Counted from the stretch's first letter, positions 40,888-52,163 are shown. The stretch is 64,000 nt of DNA from Synechococcus sp. (GCA_051439605.1 JBFRWN010000065.1:19833-83832); one strand, 5' to 3'. A program made the numbers and translations. Notes: a model not told the origin generated them from the letters alone.

Positions 40888-41648
40888 AAATTTCAGCCCT
40901 CCTAGCGGCTGCAATGATCGTGTTGGGGAGTTAAAGCTGATGAATCGAGCTGGCCTAATCGAGGAAGCCCCGAACTCAGCGATAATACTCGGCACAAGCG
41001 CTAGAGGTGGCGCTGGGGCTGGCTGAACTGTTTGGAGGGAGAGATTTGCCCACGCTGAATCGCTTAAGGCAATTTCTTTCACAGCAATCTCTGGTTTACA
41101 AGGGGCGATCGCTTATTCATCGCGAACTTAAGAGTGCCACCGTCAAAACCGAGTTCAGCTCGACGAGATTAATTGCATGATAGAAAAGCGGCATGGGGGA
41201 GTCTGTAGAGATAACCCCACCTTGATTGTGGTGATTCCCTTGAAGGCAGGCTCAGAAGAGCCGCTTGCAGGCTCAGTAGGCTTGGGTAGAGAACTAGCTT
41301 TTGGGGTTTTGGTTAGGACATTAGGATTTAGGCCCAGTCAGGGGGTAACCGATCGGACTTCTCAGGCACTTGACGGGATCGACTGGTTTGTCCACCGAAA
41401 TTTAATCTGAACTTCAACGCATCTAGAGGCAAAACGGCACAAGCTTGTAGTTGACCTAGCCGCGAATTGCGGGTGTAACCTGCAGCACACTGAAAAACTC
41501 CACACGATCGAGATGCTGGTATCCCAGCTGTAAAGCTGATGCTTCAGCAACAAAGCTTGGGAGATCTTTGACTGACATCAGCAATCAATAGACTTTCATC
41601 GATCGGCAGTCCATCAATAAGGGCAATAGCCCGCAGAAAAGGAGGAGA

Positions 41649-42389
41649 ATGATGGTTGAGTCCTGGCCATTAAAGTCTTTCCAGCTAGAAGTCAGAGCCG
41701 ACGTGGCAGGAATGGTTGAACGGGGTATCGCTCTATGGCAACAGTGGGCCGCAGAGGCGATCGCAAAACGGGGATTTTTTGCCGTGGCGTTAGCTGGCGG
41801 CGGCACGCCCAAAGTGTTTTACGAGGGGTTAGCAACCGCAGATTTGCCGTGGGATAAGTTCTACGTTTTCTGGGGGGATGAACGCTACGTTCCTGCCGAT
41901 CATCCCGACAGCAACTATCGCATGGCCAAAGAAGCGCTGCTCGATCGCGTGCCGATTCCTACCCAGCAAATCTTTCCCTTCCCCACCCAGTCAGGGAATC
42001 CACAAGCGGATGCTTCCACCTACGGCGATCGACTGCGAAAGGTCTTCCAAACTTCAGTACCCACGATGGATTGCACGCTGTTGGGGGTGGGTACGGACGG
42101 TCATACTGCTTCTTTATTCCCAGGCACTGAAGCCCTCAACTCTCAAGCATCCGTTGCGGTAGGCAGTAAATCTGGCGAGCCTCGGCTGACCCTCACCTAC
42201 CCATCACTCAATGCCAGCCGTCGGATAGTGTTTTGGATTGCTGGAGAGGGCAAAGCAGAGATTGTCAGTAAACTTCTGATGTCAGATGAGGGTTTACCCG
42301 CCCAAAGGATTCAGCCAGCTGGGGACTTAATCTGGATGCTAGATAGGGCAGCCGCATCGAAGCTACCTCTGTTAGCTTTAAACATTTAA
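41649..42389 (+). CDS. pgl: 6-phosphogluconolactonase
   Basis: ALAGGGTP, WGDERYVP..HPDSNY, LGVGTDGHTASLFP; AGGAGG SD. Confidence 0.95.
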   Translation: MMVESWPLKSFQLEVRADVAGMVERGIALWQQWAAEAIAKRGFFAVALAGGGTPKVFYEGLATADLPWDKFYVFWGDERYVPADHPDSNYRMAKEALLDRVPIPTQQIFPFPTQSGNPQADASTYGDRLRKVFQTSVPTMDCTLLGVGTDGHTASLFPGTEALNSQASVAVGSKSGEPRLTLTYPSLNASRRIVFWIAGEGKAEIVSKLLMSDEGLPAQRIQPAGDLIWMLDRAAASKLPLLALNI

Positions 42390-42509
42390 ATCTTGGAACA
42401 GGAAAGCCACGGTCGAGTAAGCTATGGGCGGTAAACCGAACATTGTTACAATCGGTGAAAATTCCCCTCAGCGGTTAGTCACTGTCATTCTGTTCCCTTG
42501 CATGTTGTC

Positions 42510-42950
42510 ATGAACCGTTTCATTCATTCCTGCCTAATAATAGTTGCTATGTTGGGCTTGCTATTGGGTGGCGACCCGCTTGTAGCCAAAGATTTGGCGA
42601 GCCAGGAGGCTATCCCCATGAAGGTCGAGTTGGGGTCGTTAGAGAACAGCTTTCGATTCTCTCCAGACACCCTGCACTTTAAAGCCGGAAAGCTGTACCG
42701 CCTCACCCTCAGCAATCCCAGCCCTGTAAAACACTACTTCACCGCCAAGGATTTTGCCGATGTGGTCTGGACTCGCAAAGTGGATGTCGCAGGGGTAGAA
42801 GTGAAAGGAAAAGTCAGTGAATTAGAGCTCAAGCCAGAAGCTAGGGCGGACTGGGTGTTCGTACCGCAAAAATCTGGAGAATACGACTTGCAATGTAGTG
42901 TCCCAGGCCATGCCATGGCAGGAATGGTTGGCAAGTTGATTGTCGATTAG
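42510..42950 (+). CDS. Cupredoxin (blue copper) family protein
   Basis: Signal peptide, KHYF, CSVPGHAMAGM copper-ligand loop. Confidence 0.85.
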   Translation: MNRFIHSCLIIVAMLGLLLGGDPLVAKDLASQEAIPMKVELGSLENSFRFSPDTLHFKAGKLYRLTLSNPSPVKHYFTAKDFADVVWTRKVDVAGVEVKGKVSELELKPEARADWVFVPQKSGEYDLQCSVPGHAMAGMVGKLIVD

Positions 42951-43022
42951 AGTTTGTGTCATCACGCATCAACAGTGGCACTCTGCCTCAGAAACTAGTA
43001 GTAGGGGATACCGATCTTACAG

Positions 43023-43766
43023 ATGAATCCAATCACTGCAGCAGAGTGGCTGCAGCACATTAAGCGGGATCGCATTATTGCGGTCATTCGGACGGGCAGC
43101 CAAGAAACATCCTTTCGTCTGGTGGAAGCGGCGATCGCCGCTGGGCTTCGTCAAATTGAAATCACCAGCACGTCCGCAGGTTTTACGCGGACCATCGCCC
43201 AATTGCGAGCACGATATCCCACTTGCACGATCGGCACCGGCACAGTGTTGAATGCCAAAGTAGGTCGCGAAGCGATCGCAGCAGGGGCGCAGTTCATATT
43301 TAGCCCGTACCTCACTGTCGATGTGATTGAGCTAGCCCTCCAGCACGATATCGCCGTTGTTCCGGGGGCACTCACCCCCACTGAAATTGGTACTGCTTGG
43401 AGCGCTGGGGCGACCGCCGTCAAAGTGTTTCCCATTCAAGCGGTGGGTGGGGCGCAGTATCTACAGGCACTACAAGGGCCAATGGGGCATATTCCCCTGA
43501 TTCCCACGGGTGGGGTCTGTTGTGGGGACGCCCATAAGTTTTTTGACGCTGGCGCGATCGCCGTGGGCTTAGGTGGCAGCCTATTTCCCAAACAGTTAGT
43601 CGGTGCGCAAGACTGGCAAGGGCTTGAGTTCCATATCCGCACCTTTTTGGCTACGCAGCTCGATCGTCGTCCTCCTGGAACTCTTCCTATGGGGAAACTG
43701 CAATCTGATAGACAGACCATCCCGTGCCATCCATGTGACGGCCACCCCCAGTCTTTGCCACACTAG
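43023..43766 (+). CDS. eda: KDPG/KHG aldolase
   Basis: IAVIR, IEIT, GTGTVL, PGALTPTE, VKVFP, PTGG. Confidence 0.9.
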   Translation: MNPITAAEWLQHIKRDRIIAVIRTGSQETSFRLVEAAIAAGLRQIEITSTSAGFTRTIAQLRARYPTCTIGTGTVLNAKVGREAIAAGAQFIFSPYLTVDVIELALQHDIAVVPGALTPTEIGTAWSAGATAVKVFPIQAVGGAQYLQALQGPMGHIPLIPTGGVCCGDAHKFFDAGAIAVGLGGSLFPKQLVGAQDWQGLEFHIRTFLATQLDRRPPGTLPMGKLQSDRQTIPCHPCDGHPQSLPH

Positions 43767-43826
43767 AATTGCAACAATTACGAAAGCCGACACAGTCAAT
43801 CCACTACATGCCACGGGGGCAACAGC

Positions 43827-44516
43827 ATGGAATCAGCCGTCGATCGAGAACAATTGAATCGAGAGCAGGTTTACCAAGGGCAGTTTGGGGATTTTACAAT
43901 TACGGCGGGCGATCGCCGTGGGGTGATCGTTTATCGGTCAGCGCTGATGGTAGCCGCCCTCTGTTTTTCAGCATCAACGGGCCTAACCTTGTGGCAACCC
44001 AACTCAACAACAGTTCAGTGGGCCATCACCAGCTTGTTTGGGGGATTTTCTCTGGCGATGGGTATTGCCCTGTTCACCATCCATATCTACATGCGATCGC
44101 TGCATAGAACGCTGCAGCTGTTTTGGGGCATCGGCTCCCTCACAGCAATCATTTTGGCCGTGCTGTTTTCCCCCAGCCCCCTCGCCATAGTGGCCTACCA
44201 GCAACCGCTATCTCTGCTGGGGATCGGATTTTCATTTGCTGCTTTGACCGGGTTGTTTATCAAGGAAGCTTTTTGTTTTAATCGGCTGGAAACCAAAGCC
44301 TTAACCCCCATTGTCCCGCTGCTGTTGCTGGGCCACTTGCTGGGATTTCTGCCTAAGCAGTGGGAACTGCTGCTGTTAGTTATTTGGGCAGTCCTGTTTG
44401 TGGTGTTTGCAGTGCGAAAAGCTTTCCAGCCCATTCCCCCCGACATTGGGGACAAATCTGTGTTTGACTATCTAGCCAAAGTGCGGCGAGGGGAGATCGT
44501 TCCAGATGCGGCCTAG
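43827..44516 (+). CDS. DUF2301 family membrane protein
   Basis: YQGQFGDFTIT, IHIY, KEAFCF, PDIGDKSVF. Confidence 0.85.
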   Translation: MESAVDREQLNREQVYQGQFGDFTITAGDRRGVIVYRSALMVAALCFSASTGLTLWQPNSTTVQWAITSLFGGFSLAMGIALFTIHIYMRSLHRTLQLFWGIGSLTAIILAVLFSPSPLAIVAYQQPLSLLGIGFSFAALTGLFIKEAFCFNRLETKALTPIVPLLLLGHLLGFLPKQWELLLLVIWAVLFVVFAVRKAFQPIPPDIGDKSVFDYLAKVRRGEIVPDAA

Positions 44517-44669
44517 GAGTATATGAAATATCTCAAGAAATGACGGCACTCCTTTTTAAGAGCTCCAATCGCCGATTTGGGGTCCTAGCGAGTTAGATGT
44601 CGAGTGGATCGGTCTCCTGGAAAGCAATCAGGTCATAATGACTGATGATGAAGTGACCCCAGAGATTTT

Positions 44670-45563
44670 ATGCCTGCTCTGTCGCAACCCAGCACGTCTT
44701 GGTTACACCGCCATGCCCTTCTCCTGATGTCCGTTTTGGCCATTTTGGGAGGCATGCTCACGGCATATATGACCGCTAGCAAGTTAGCCACCCAAAAGTT
44801 GGCCCTGTGCGGAACAGGGCAAGGGTGCGATTTGGTTTTAGGTAGCCGCTGGGCAACATTTTTAGGTGTGCCAACGGCATCGCTCGGACTCTTGGGATTT
44901 TTGGCAGTTTTATTTCTGGCCGCACTCCCTGATGATATGCCTCTGTTAAAACGTTGGCGCTGGCCAGCTCTATTTGCCGTTACCACATCCATGTTTGCCT
45001 TCGAGATGTACATGATGTATCTCATGGCAGTCGTCATTAAGTCTTTTTGTCCCTACTGCGCGGTGGCAATCGCCCTCACAACTGCCATCTGGCTGTCCAC
45101 CCTCTTTGGTCACGCTTGGGTAGACGTCAATAGGTTGGTGGTTGGCGGACTCGCCATCGCCCTGGCAACAATCGCCCTAACAGTAGGGGTCTATGCCAGC
45201 CAGCCAGAACCACCGAGCGAGATCGCAGCAGGCTTAGCAAAACACCTGCAACATCAAGACATCAAAATGTACGGTGCCAGTTGGTGTCCCCACTGTTTGG
45301 AACAAAAAATGCTGTTTGGCAGCGCCTTTAGCGACATCCCCTATGTGGAATGCTCTCCCTACGGAGGTCGCGGTACCCCACAGGCCCCAGAATGTGCGGC
45401 TGAAGACATTAAGAGCTACCCCACATGGATTTACGAGGGGGAGCGGATTTACGGCATCCAAACGCTGGATGAGCTTGCCCTACTGACGCACTTCGAACTG
45501 CCCGCCCCCCCAATATCACCAGATCCCACTTCACCAGACGCGGTTAACGTCACCGTTCCGTGA
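44670..45563 (+). CDS. VKOR-thioredoxin fusion (thylakoid disulfide oxidase)
   Basis: C-x5-C-DLVLGSRW, CPYC, thioredoxin-like YGASWCPHC, YPTW. Confidence 0.92.
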   Translation: MPALSQPSTSWLHRHALLLMSVLAILGGMLTAYMTASKLATQKLALCGTGQGCDLVLGSRWATFLGVPTASLGLLGFLAVLFLAALPDDMPLLKRWRWPALFAVTTSMFAFEMYMMYLMAVVIKSFCPYCAVAIALTTAIWLSTLFGHAWVDVNRLVVGGLAIALATIALTVGVYASQPEPPSEIAAGLAKHLQHQDIKMYGASWCPHCLEQKMLFGSAFSDIPYVECSPYGGRGTPQAPECAAEDIKSYPTWIYEGERIYGIQTLDELALLTHFELPAPPISPDPTSPDAVNVTVP

Positions 45564-45655
45564 GCCCCAAACAGATTTTTATCTTTATAACTCAGTGAAT
45601 GGAATAAAAAGACACAGAATTGGCACTCTATGCCCAGCTAATAGCGGGGCAAACA

Positions 45656-46249
45656 ATGAGCTGGAGAGGGGCGATCGCAGCAATCGGAGCTGCAATAGTC
45701 TTAAGTCTGACGGGCAATAGTCCAGCGCGATCGCAGGATCTCAACTCCCAACTGCAGACAGCCGTAGAGTCGCAAGAGTGGTCCCAAGCACTTGCGATCG
45801 TCGATCTCCTAATCGCTCGATCTGGCTCGACCGAAGAACTTAACCGCTATCGTGAAAGGCTGTCCAGCCTAGCTGCCGAGCAAATTCCTTCAGTCCCCAG
45901 CCAATCTAGCACCATCAGTTTGAACGGCGTACCGCTGGCAACAGTAGCGAGCCATCTCAACCAAGGACTTCCAAGGCAGGTCGATGACACAATGGAACTC
46001 GTGTCGGTGAGTGCATCTGGGAACCGTCTTATATACAAAGGCCGCCTGCTTGCCATGCCTACCACAGAGAACGAGGCCAATCGCTATAACTCACGCTTCT
46101 ACAAAGACTCTGTCGCTAGAGCGCTTTGTCCACAGCCAGCCATCTTGAACGTTCTGGAACAAGGAATAGAACTGCAATACGTATTGCTTGATAGCGAGAA
46201 CAGTCCCTTAATGACTGTCAACATGACATCCAAAACTTGCCAAAGCTAG
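45656..46249 (+). CDS. Hypothetical exported protein
   Basis: Signal peptide, LPRQVDDTMEL, two C-terminal Cys. Confidence 0.6.
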   Translation: MSWRGAIAAIGAAIVLSLTGNSPARSQDLNSQLQTAVESQEWSQALAIVDLLIARSGSTEELNRYRERLSSLAAEQIPSVPSQSSTISLNGVPLATVASHLNQGLPRQVDDTMELVSVSASGNRLIYKGRLLAMPTTENEANRYNSRFYKDSVARALCPQPAILNVLEQGIELQYVLLDSENSPLMTVNMTSKTCQS

Positions 46250-46366
46250 GTCGATGCTGATTGCGGGTTAACGCACATCCAGAACTCCATCTAACAGACA
46301 TGTTTTCACCTTTTACGGCTGCAGGCATCTCAGTGACGCTCTCCCGTATCATCGAATCGACCGACA

Positions 46367-47761
46367 TTAAATCCCCTGACCGGAGCCGCCCTCTGAGTGC
46401 CCCTTACCCAACGCGGCTCGCAAACAAATTGGGGTCAAGCTGACCGTCACCAAAATTGCCATCACAACAGCAGCACTTAATTGGGAGGACATTTGACCAG
46501 AGGAAACCCCGACACCGGCAATGACCAGCGCCACCTCCCCCAACGGCAGCATGCCCACACCAACAGCAAGACGATTAATTTTTTGTTTGGCAGGCAGAAT
46601 GCGAGCACCGCCAATGCGCCCTACCGCTACCATGGTCGCCAAGAATAATCCCATCAGCAGCACTTGCCAGCCCCCCGGAGCAAGGGGATTAATCACCCGT
46701 AAATCAGTTCTGGCACCAGTAACGACAAAGAAAATGGGCACAAGCAGCTGAGCCACGGGCTCGAGCTGATGTTCCAGCTTACTGCGCACTTCGGTTTGGC
46801 TCAGAATCAGACCCGCTGCAAATGCCCCCATCAGAGCCTCTAGCCGCAACGTATCTGCAATGAAGCCCAATCCAAAACAGAAGGCCAACGAAAGCATCAG
46901 CAAGCCCCCTCGCAACCGCATTGGCTTGAGCAAATCCACAAACAGCGATCCGATGAGGCGGCTGAGGGCGGTGGAGCCAACTAAAAACGCTGCTGCAGAT
47001 AGAATCAGACCCGCCAAGCTCAGCACCCCGATCCCCGATCCCGAAGACAGGCCAATAATGACGGTCAGTATGAGAATTCCGGTGATGTCATCGAGTACTG
47101 CAGCCCCTACGATGAGTTGCCCTTCAGGGGATTTCAGCATGCCTAGGTCAGTCAGAATGCTCGCGGAAATGCCGATACTGACGGCGGTGGGAGCCGCTGC
47201 GGCAAACAGCGCCCCCTGCAGTTCTTGGCCAAATAAAAAGACCAAACCGGCCAATCCAACAAACAGTGGCGCGCTAATGCCCACCAAGACGACGACTGCT
47301 GCCTGTGGAGCCACCCGCACCAGTTCCCGCAAGTTGGATTCCAATCCCACCTGAAAGAGCAGCAGAATCACCCCCAATTGAGAGAGGTTGGAGAGAATTT
47401 TGCCCTGAGCTTCAAAGATGCCGTCCAAGTCAGTAGGGGTGAGATCGGCATGGAAGGCTTGAATCAATTGCAACAGCAACGAATCCCCCGAAGTGATTCC
47501 AGCCCCTGGTAGCACCACGAGTCCCAAGAAGGAGATCCCCACGATCGCCCCCCCCAGCAACTCCCCCAAAATAGACGTGAGACCCAGGCGATTAGTGATT
47601 TCCCCGCCCGTTTTACTGGCCAAATAGATGATGAACAGGCTGAGCAAGACCGTTTGCACGATTGGCTGGTTCACGACGCTGGGATCGAGCGGCTCGATCG
47701 CATCTGCCGCAACCATGGGCCATTGAGACTGCGATATCAGTGTTAACGGTAAGCTCGCCAT
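46367..47761 (-). CDS. Cation:proton antiporter CPA2 (NhaS3-like), divergent copy
   Basis: GELLGG, LLFQVGLES, AAVLDD, PIFFV, PLGEV. Confidence 0.88.
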   Translation of the reverse strand: MASLPLTLISQSQWPMVAADAIEPLDPSVVNQPIVQTVLLSLFIIYLASKTGGEITNRLGLTSILGELLGGAIVGISFLGLVVLPGAGITSGDSLLLQLIQAFHADLTPTDLDGIFEAQGKILSNLSQLGVILLLFQVGLESNLRELVRVAPQAAVVVLVGISAPLFVGLAGLVFLFGQELQGALFAAAAPTAVSIGISASILTDLGMLKSPEGQLIVGAAVLDDITGILILTVIIGLSSGSGIGVLSLAGLILSAAAFLVGSTALSRLIGSLFVDLLKPMRLRGGLLMLSLAFCFGLGFIADTLRLEALMGAFAAGLILSQTEVRSKLEHQLEPVAQLLVPIFFVVTGARTDLRVINPLAPGGWQVLLMGLFLATMVAVGRIGGARILPAKQKINRLAVGVGMLPLGEVALVIAGVGVSSGQMSSQLSAAVVMAILVTVSLTPICLRAALGKGHSEGGSGQGI

Positions 47762-47774
47762 ACTCTCTCCTGCT

Positions 47775-49178
47775 CTACCGTCCTTCTATGGGAATGCTGA
47801 TGTGTTTGGGTTTGAGCCACCATAACCCCCAACTAGTGGCCAGCGTGCTCAAGATGGCCACTACTACCAAAACGCTGAATAGGGCCGGGTCCAAAATGCC
47901 ATTAATCCGTCCCACTTCCGCGAAAACCAACCCGACTTCTCCACGGGGAATCATCCCTAAGCCAATCGCTAAAGGATTCATCCCTTCTTTACTGGAGACG
48001 GCATAGCCACTGGCCAGCTTGGCCACAATGGCGATCGCAATTAGGAATACAACTAGCCCGAGGTTGAGCCAGCCGCGATCGTTGTCTCCTGGCAGCAGCA
48101 ATCCTAGGTTGGTTTCTGCTCCGATGTACACAAAGAAAATCGGCACAAAGGCATCTACAACGGGGCGCAGGGTTTCGGCAATTAACCGTCTCACCCCCCC
48201 CTGCAACACTAGCCCTGCCACAAATGCCCCCAGAATCTCGACTAGGCCAGCACTACTGGCTACTAGCACAAACACAAAGGCAAACATCAGGGCTGGAACA
48301 ATCACCCGACCAGGGGTGGTTAGGGTTTGTTTGATAGTAAAGAGTAGCGAGCTAAACAGGCGTCCAGCCAAAATCGCTACGACTAAGACGGCAGTGGTCA
48401 AGCCGACAAGCAGCAGGATATCGAGACTGCTGGTAACCCCTTCTTCGTAGATGCTGAGAATTAACGACAGTAGGATAATGCCGATGATGTCATCCAGCAT
48501 GGCTGCCCCAACGATTACCTGGGTCTCCGAGGAGGTGAAATCCCCCTGCTGTTGAAGCAGCTGCATCGTAATCCCCAAACTGGTGACACTGAGGGCAGCT
48601 CCCATAAACAGGGCTGGAACTAGGTCAATTCCTAAAAAGGCATTGAGGACGAGCGACCCCCCCACAATGGATAGCAAAACTCCTGTCATGGCCACAGCAA
48701 TGACTTTCGATCGCCGCTCCAGAATCTGATTAAGGTTGGCTCCTAGACCAATCTCGAACAGAAGAACCAACACTCCGACATTGGCCAGATTGCGAAAAAA
48801 TTCCCCCTGAAAGAGAAAGACTTCCAGTACAGAGTCTTTCTCTCCATGGAGCCAGGCCACCCAATTGACAATACCTGAGAGTTCAACGGTGACACCGGGG
48901 TTGGGCAAGACGAACAGCTTGATGCAGGAGATGCCGATGATGATGCCTCCCAGTAGCTCTCCGAGGAGTGAAGGCAGCCCGATGCGGCGGCAGAGTTCCC
49001 CACCCAATAGGGCGGTTAGATAAACCAGCGCTAGCTCCAGCACCACAACCGCTAACGAGAGCTTTTCCACTCCTGCCGCCGCTGCCATCTGGATGGGTAG
49101 ATGCCACAAACTAGGAGCAAATGTCTTAAATCCATTTAGCAACGGCGATACTGGCAACGAACCGAGCAAGTCAATCAA
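47775..49178 (-). CDS. Cation:proton antiporter CPA2 (NhaS3-like)
   Basis: GELLGG, LLFEIGL, AAMLDD, PIFFV, PRGEVG; start uncertain. Confidence 0.88.
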   Translation of the reverse strand: MIDLLGSLPVSPLLNGFKTFAPSLWHLPIQMAAAAGVEKLSLAVVVLELALVYLTALLGGELCRRIGLPSLLGELLGGIIIGISCIKLFVLPNPGVTVELSGIVNWVAWLHGEKDSVLEVFLFQGEFFRNLANVGVLVLLFEIGLGANLNQILERRSKVIAVAMTGVLLSIVGGSLVLNAFLGIDLVPALFMGAALSVTSLGITMQLLQQQGDFTSSETQVIVGAAMLDDIIGIILLSLILSIYEEGVTSSLDILLLVGLTTAVLVVAILAGRLFSSLLFTIKQTLTTPGRVIVPALMFAFVFVLVASSAGLVEILGAFVAGLVLQGGVRRLIAETLRPVVDAFVPIFFVYIGAETNLGLLLPGDNDRGWLNLGLVVFLIAIAIVAKLASGYAVSSKEGMNPLAIGLGMIPRGEVGLVFAEVGRINGILDPALFSVLVVVAILSTLATSWGLWWLKPKHISIPIEGR

Positions 49179-49197
49179 AGCTATTCACGCTCCGCAA

Positions 49198-49515
49198 TCA
49201 AGATTTGCCTGGAAAAGCTCCCGATCGCATTTGTTCCCGCAATCGGTCTGTCAGCGACGCCTGTCGCTTGCGCTCCCATCTCAGCAGCGAAAAGGCTGCG
49301 GCCACCACCCCAAGCTGGAGGGCCAAGCTGGGCAGGGTGGTTTCTAGATCGCGACCCGCTAGTGCCCGGAAGAAAAACACAAACGCTCCGATGCCTCCTG
49401 AAGCAATGCAGGTGCCGTAGATCAGCTGTCGGATGGACCGAAACGGTCGGGCTAATTCAGCCGCCAGTTGGGCTCGCTCGTCAATGCTGAGTTTTTTGGA
49501 GTCTCGGGAACCCAT
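49198..49515 (-). CDS. DUF3493 (LPA1-related) membrane protein
   Basis: LAAELARPFRSIRQLIY...ASGGIG, two TM helices. Confidence 0.75.
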   Translation of the reverse strand: MGSRDSKKLSIDERAQLAAELARPFRSIRQLIYGTCIASGGIGAFVFFFRALAGRDLETTLPSLALQLGVVAAAFSLLRWERKRQASLTDRLREQMRSGAFPGKS

Positions 49516-49788
49516 TTTGGTATTAGGAAAGGACAAGGCGAAGATATGCGGGTAGGTGGGGCAGAATGCCTTCGATCGCTGTTCCTACTCTACGTGCTCC
49601 GAGACAGTGTTGGTAGAAGTGCTGGGTTGGGTTCAAGTCGCCGCCATCCCCGAAACTTGAGAGGTCTCGCGCCGCTGCACAAAAAATTCAATCTTCAGCT
49701 ATGCAGCCGCAAACCTAATCCATCATCGATCGCGACTATCAACGGAGATCGATCAGTCTCGAGCAGCAATTACAAGAGCAAGGAGTGA

Positions 49789-50898
49789 CTAAGCGGCAAG
49801 CTCTGCCAAGGCAGCCAAGATGCGATCGCCCATTTCCCGACACCCCACAACTGTGTCCCCCTCAGAGGCAATATCTCCGGTGCGGTATCCACTATCCAGC
49901 ACTGCCGACACCGCCTGCTCGATTTTGCTGGCGGCCTCAGGTTGGTCGAGGCTGTAACGCAGCATCATGGCTCCAGACAGTACTTGGGCAATGGGATTTG
50001 CTTTATCTTGGCCCGCAATGTCAGGGGCAGAGCCATGGACGGGTTCGAATACACCGGGCCCCTCGGCCCCCAGGGAGGCAGAGGGCAACATGCCAATCGA
50101 GCCGGTCAGCATAGATGCTTCGTCGGACAAAATATCCCCGAACATGTTGCCAGTGACAATCACGTCGAACTGCTTAGGCCAGCGCACCAGCTGCATGGCG
50201 GCGTTGTCCACGTACATGTGGGACAGTTCCACCTCGGGGTAAGACTCCGCCAACTTTATCATGCGCTGCCGCCATAGCTGGGAGACATTGAGCACGTTGG
50301 CTTTATCCACAGAGCACAGCTTTTTGCCTCGTTTCATGGCCATATCGAACGCCACTTTCCCGATGCGATCGACTTCGCTATCCATGTAGGCCATAGTGCT
50401 CACACCGCGCTGGGTGCCGTCCTCTTGGCTGAATACCCCCTTAGGCTGGCCGAAATAAATGCCTCCGGTTAGCTCTCGTACCACCATGAGGTCAATCCCT
50501 TCGATGACTTCCCGCTTGAGTGTGGATGCATCGATCAATTGCGGAAAGATCTGCACGGGGCGCAGGTTTGCAAACAAACCGAGACCGGCGCGGAGGCCTA
50601 ACAGGGCCTGTTCTGGGCGAAGGTTGGCAGGTAGGGTGTCGTATTTAAAGTCACCGACGGCAGCCAGATACACTGCGTCGCTGTCTTTACAGGTTTGCAG
50701 GGTGGAGTCGGGTAAGGGATGGCCGGTTTCTGCGTAGGCCACCCCGCCAACCAACGCTTCGTTAAAAGTCCAGGTGAAGCCAAATTGTGCTCCCACCGCC
50801 TTGAGAACATCAACCCCCACGGCCATAATTTCGGGGCCAATGCCATCACCCGACAAGATAGTCACGGTGTAGTCGGTTTTGACAGTTGCAGCGGTCAT
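49789..50898 (-). CDS. leuB: 3-isopropylmalate dehydrogenase
   Basis: [45 protein letters not shown]. Confidence 0.97.
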   Translation of the reverse strand: MTAATVKTDYTVTILSGDGIGPEIMAVGVDVLKAVGAQFGFTWTFNEALVGGVAYAETGHPLPDSTLQTCKDSDAVYLAAVGDFKYDTLPANLRPEQALLGLRAGLGLFANLRPVQIFPQLIDASTLKREVIEGIDLMVVRELTGGIYFGQPKGVFSQEDGTQRGVSTMAYMDSEVDRIGKVAFDMAMKRGKKLCSVDKANVLNVSQLWRQRMIKLAESYPEVELSHMYVDNAAMQLVRWPKQFDVIVTGNMFGDILSDEASMLTGSIGMLPSASLGAEGPGVFEPVHGSAPDIAGQDKANPIAQVLSGAMMLRYSLDQPEAASKIEQAVSAVLDSGYRTGDIASEGDTVVGCREMGDRILAALAELAA

Positions 50899-50997
50899 AG
50901 TGGATTGAAGGGTACTCGGCCATCTTGAAGGGTATCGCAATGGGGTTACCTTGCGGCAGAAATACCCTGCGAGCCTCAAGCTTGGGGCTCAGAATCA

Positions 50998-51083
50998 TAC
51001 AGCTGTGGCGATTTCAATTAAAACCAAGAAGGTCTGCCTAGTCTGGTAGCTGAAATGTCCGCAAAGACTTGACGATCGCTATC
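50998..51083 (+). repeat. MITE-like dispersed repeat, copy D
   Basis: TACAGCTGTGGCGATTTCAATT ... TAGCTGAAATGTCC..GACTTGACGATCGCTAT. Confidence 0.72.
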
Positions 51084-51135
51084 ACTGCCAGGCAAGGTGA
51101 TCGCCATCAAGAACAGCTGCAACATCTCAGTCCAC

Positions 51136-51690
51136 GTGAACAAACCACAGCTACAACTGTATTTTTTGGCTCTGCTCCCACCTGCCAAGCTGCAGGAGGA
51201 TATCACTGCCATCAAGCACGAACTGGCCGATCGCTACAACTGCCGTCATGCCCTGAAATCTCCCCCCCACATCACGATGTTCCCTCCGTTTAAGTGGCCG
51301 GTTTCGCAGGCTGAGCAGCTCTGCTGTTTATCAGACTTTGCCGCGCAACAGGCCCCTATTCCGGTAACGCTGTCGGGATTTGGAGCCTTTCCCCCTCGGG
51401 TGATTTACGTGCGGCCACTCAAAACACCAGAATTGCTTTTGGCGTATCAAACTCTACAAACGTTTCTCGCACAGCGGCTAGAACTCGTCGATCCGATGGC
51501 CAAACAGCGGCAGTTTTGCCCCCATATCGCCGTAGCCAACCGAGATTTACGCAAAGAGATATTTCGAGAAGTTTGGCCAGAGTTTGAAGGGCGATCGCTG
51601 CAAGCTGAATTCATCGCAACGCATCTAACACTACTGCGCCACAATGGCCGCTGCTGGGACATCGACCGAGAATGGTCTTTTGCAGGATAA
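51136..51690 (+). CDS. 2H phosphoesterase / 2'-5' RNA ligase family protein
   Basis: SPPHITM and PHIAV motifs. Confidence 0.85.
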   Translation: MNKPQLQLYFLALLPPAKLQEDITAIKHELADRYNCRHALKSPPHITMFPPFKWPVSQAEQLCCLSDFAAQQAPIPVTLSGFGAFPPRVIYVRPLKTPELLLAYQTLQTFLAQRLELVDPMAKQRQFCPHIAVANRDLRKEIFREVWPEFEGRSLQAEFIATHLTLLRHNGRCWDIDREWSFAG

Positions 51691-51731
51691 TGCCGCAAAA
51701 CCTAGGAGATCGAACAATTGAGATCGAACAC

Positions 51732-52034
51732 CTACCGCACTCGAATATCGGGATGTCCCTGTAGGCTAATTACGATGGAGTGAGGCACCAGGTTGAGATC
51801 TTGAATCACTTGTACTTGCTTGAGCAAGCTCTGGCGGATTTCGACATTGGGGCAGCGGATGGATAGGGTGTCTGTGTCGGTCGCCCATTCCACTTTGCAT
51901 AGTGTAGTCAGAGGAACGCGTTCTTTCAGCGTCAGGAGCGACTGACCCATCTGCCAATATCGCGTCAACCACTCTGATTCTTCTAGCTCCCGTTTGAGCT
52001 TGTCTTGCAGGGGTTCGCGATCGTCTAGGGACAT
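51732..52034 (-). CDS. Hypothetical protein
   Basis: 100-aa ORF filling the intergenic gap, LSIRCPN motif. Confidence 0.55.
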   Translation of the reverse strand: MSLDDREPLQDKLKRELEESEWLTRYWQMGQSLLTLKERVPLTTLCKVEWATDTDTLSIRCPNVEIRQSLLKQVQVIQDLNLVPHSIVISLQGHPDIRVR

Positions 52035-52163
52035 GAGGCTTTCTCTCAATCAGCGAGCCGAAGCTAGCACGATTGTCTGCTTAGTTGAAGTGTTTGGAGC
52101 CTAAACTCCAGCAAAAAAATAATTGTTGTGCATAGCATCCCTGCGAAAAAGCATTCAGAACTA

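Noticed and set aside
41113..41140. Possible CIRCE upstream of dnaK (GAGTGCCAC half-site) and K-box-like GTTCGG near 40970
   Set aside because: Only half of each motif matches; the other arm is missing.
41177..41553. Short ORFs between dnaK and pgl
   Set aside because: No homology cues or clear SD; not supportable.
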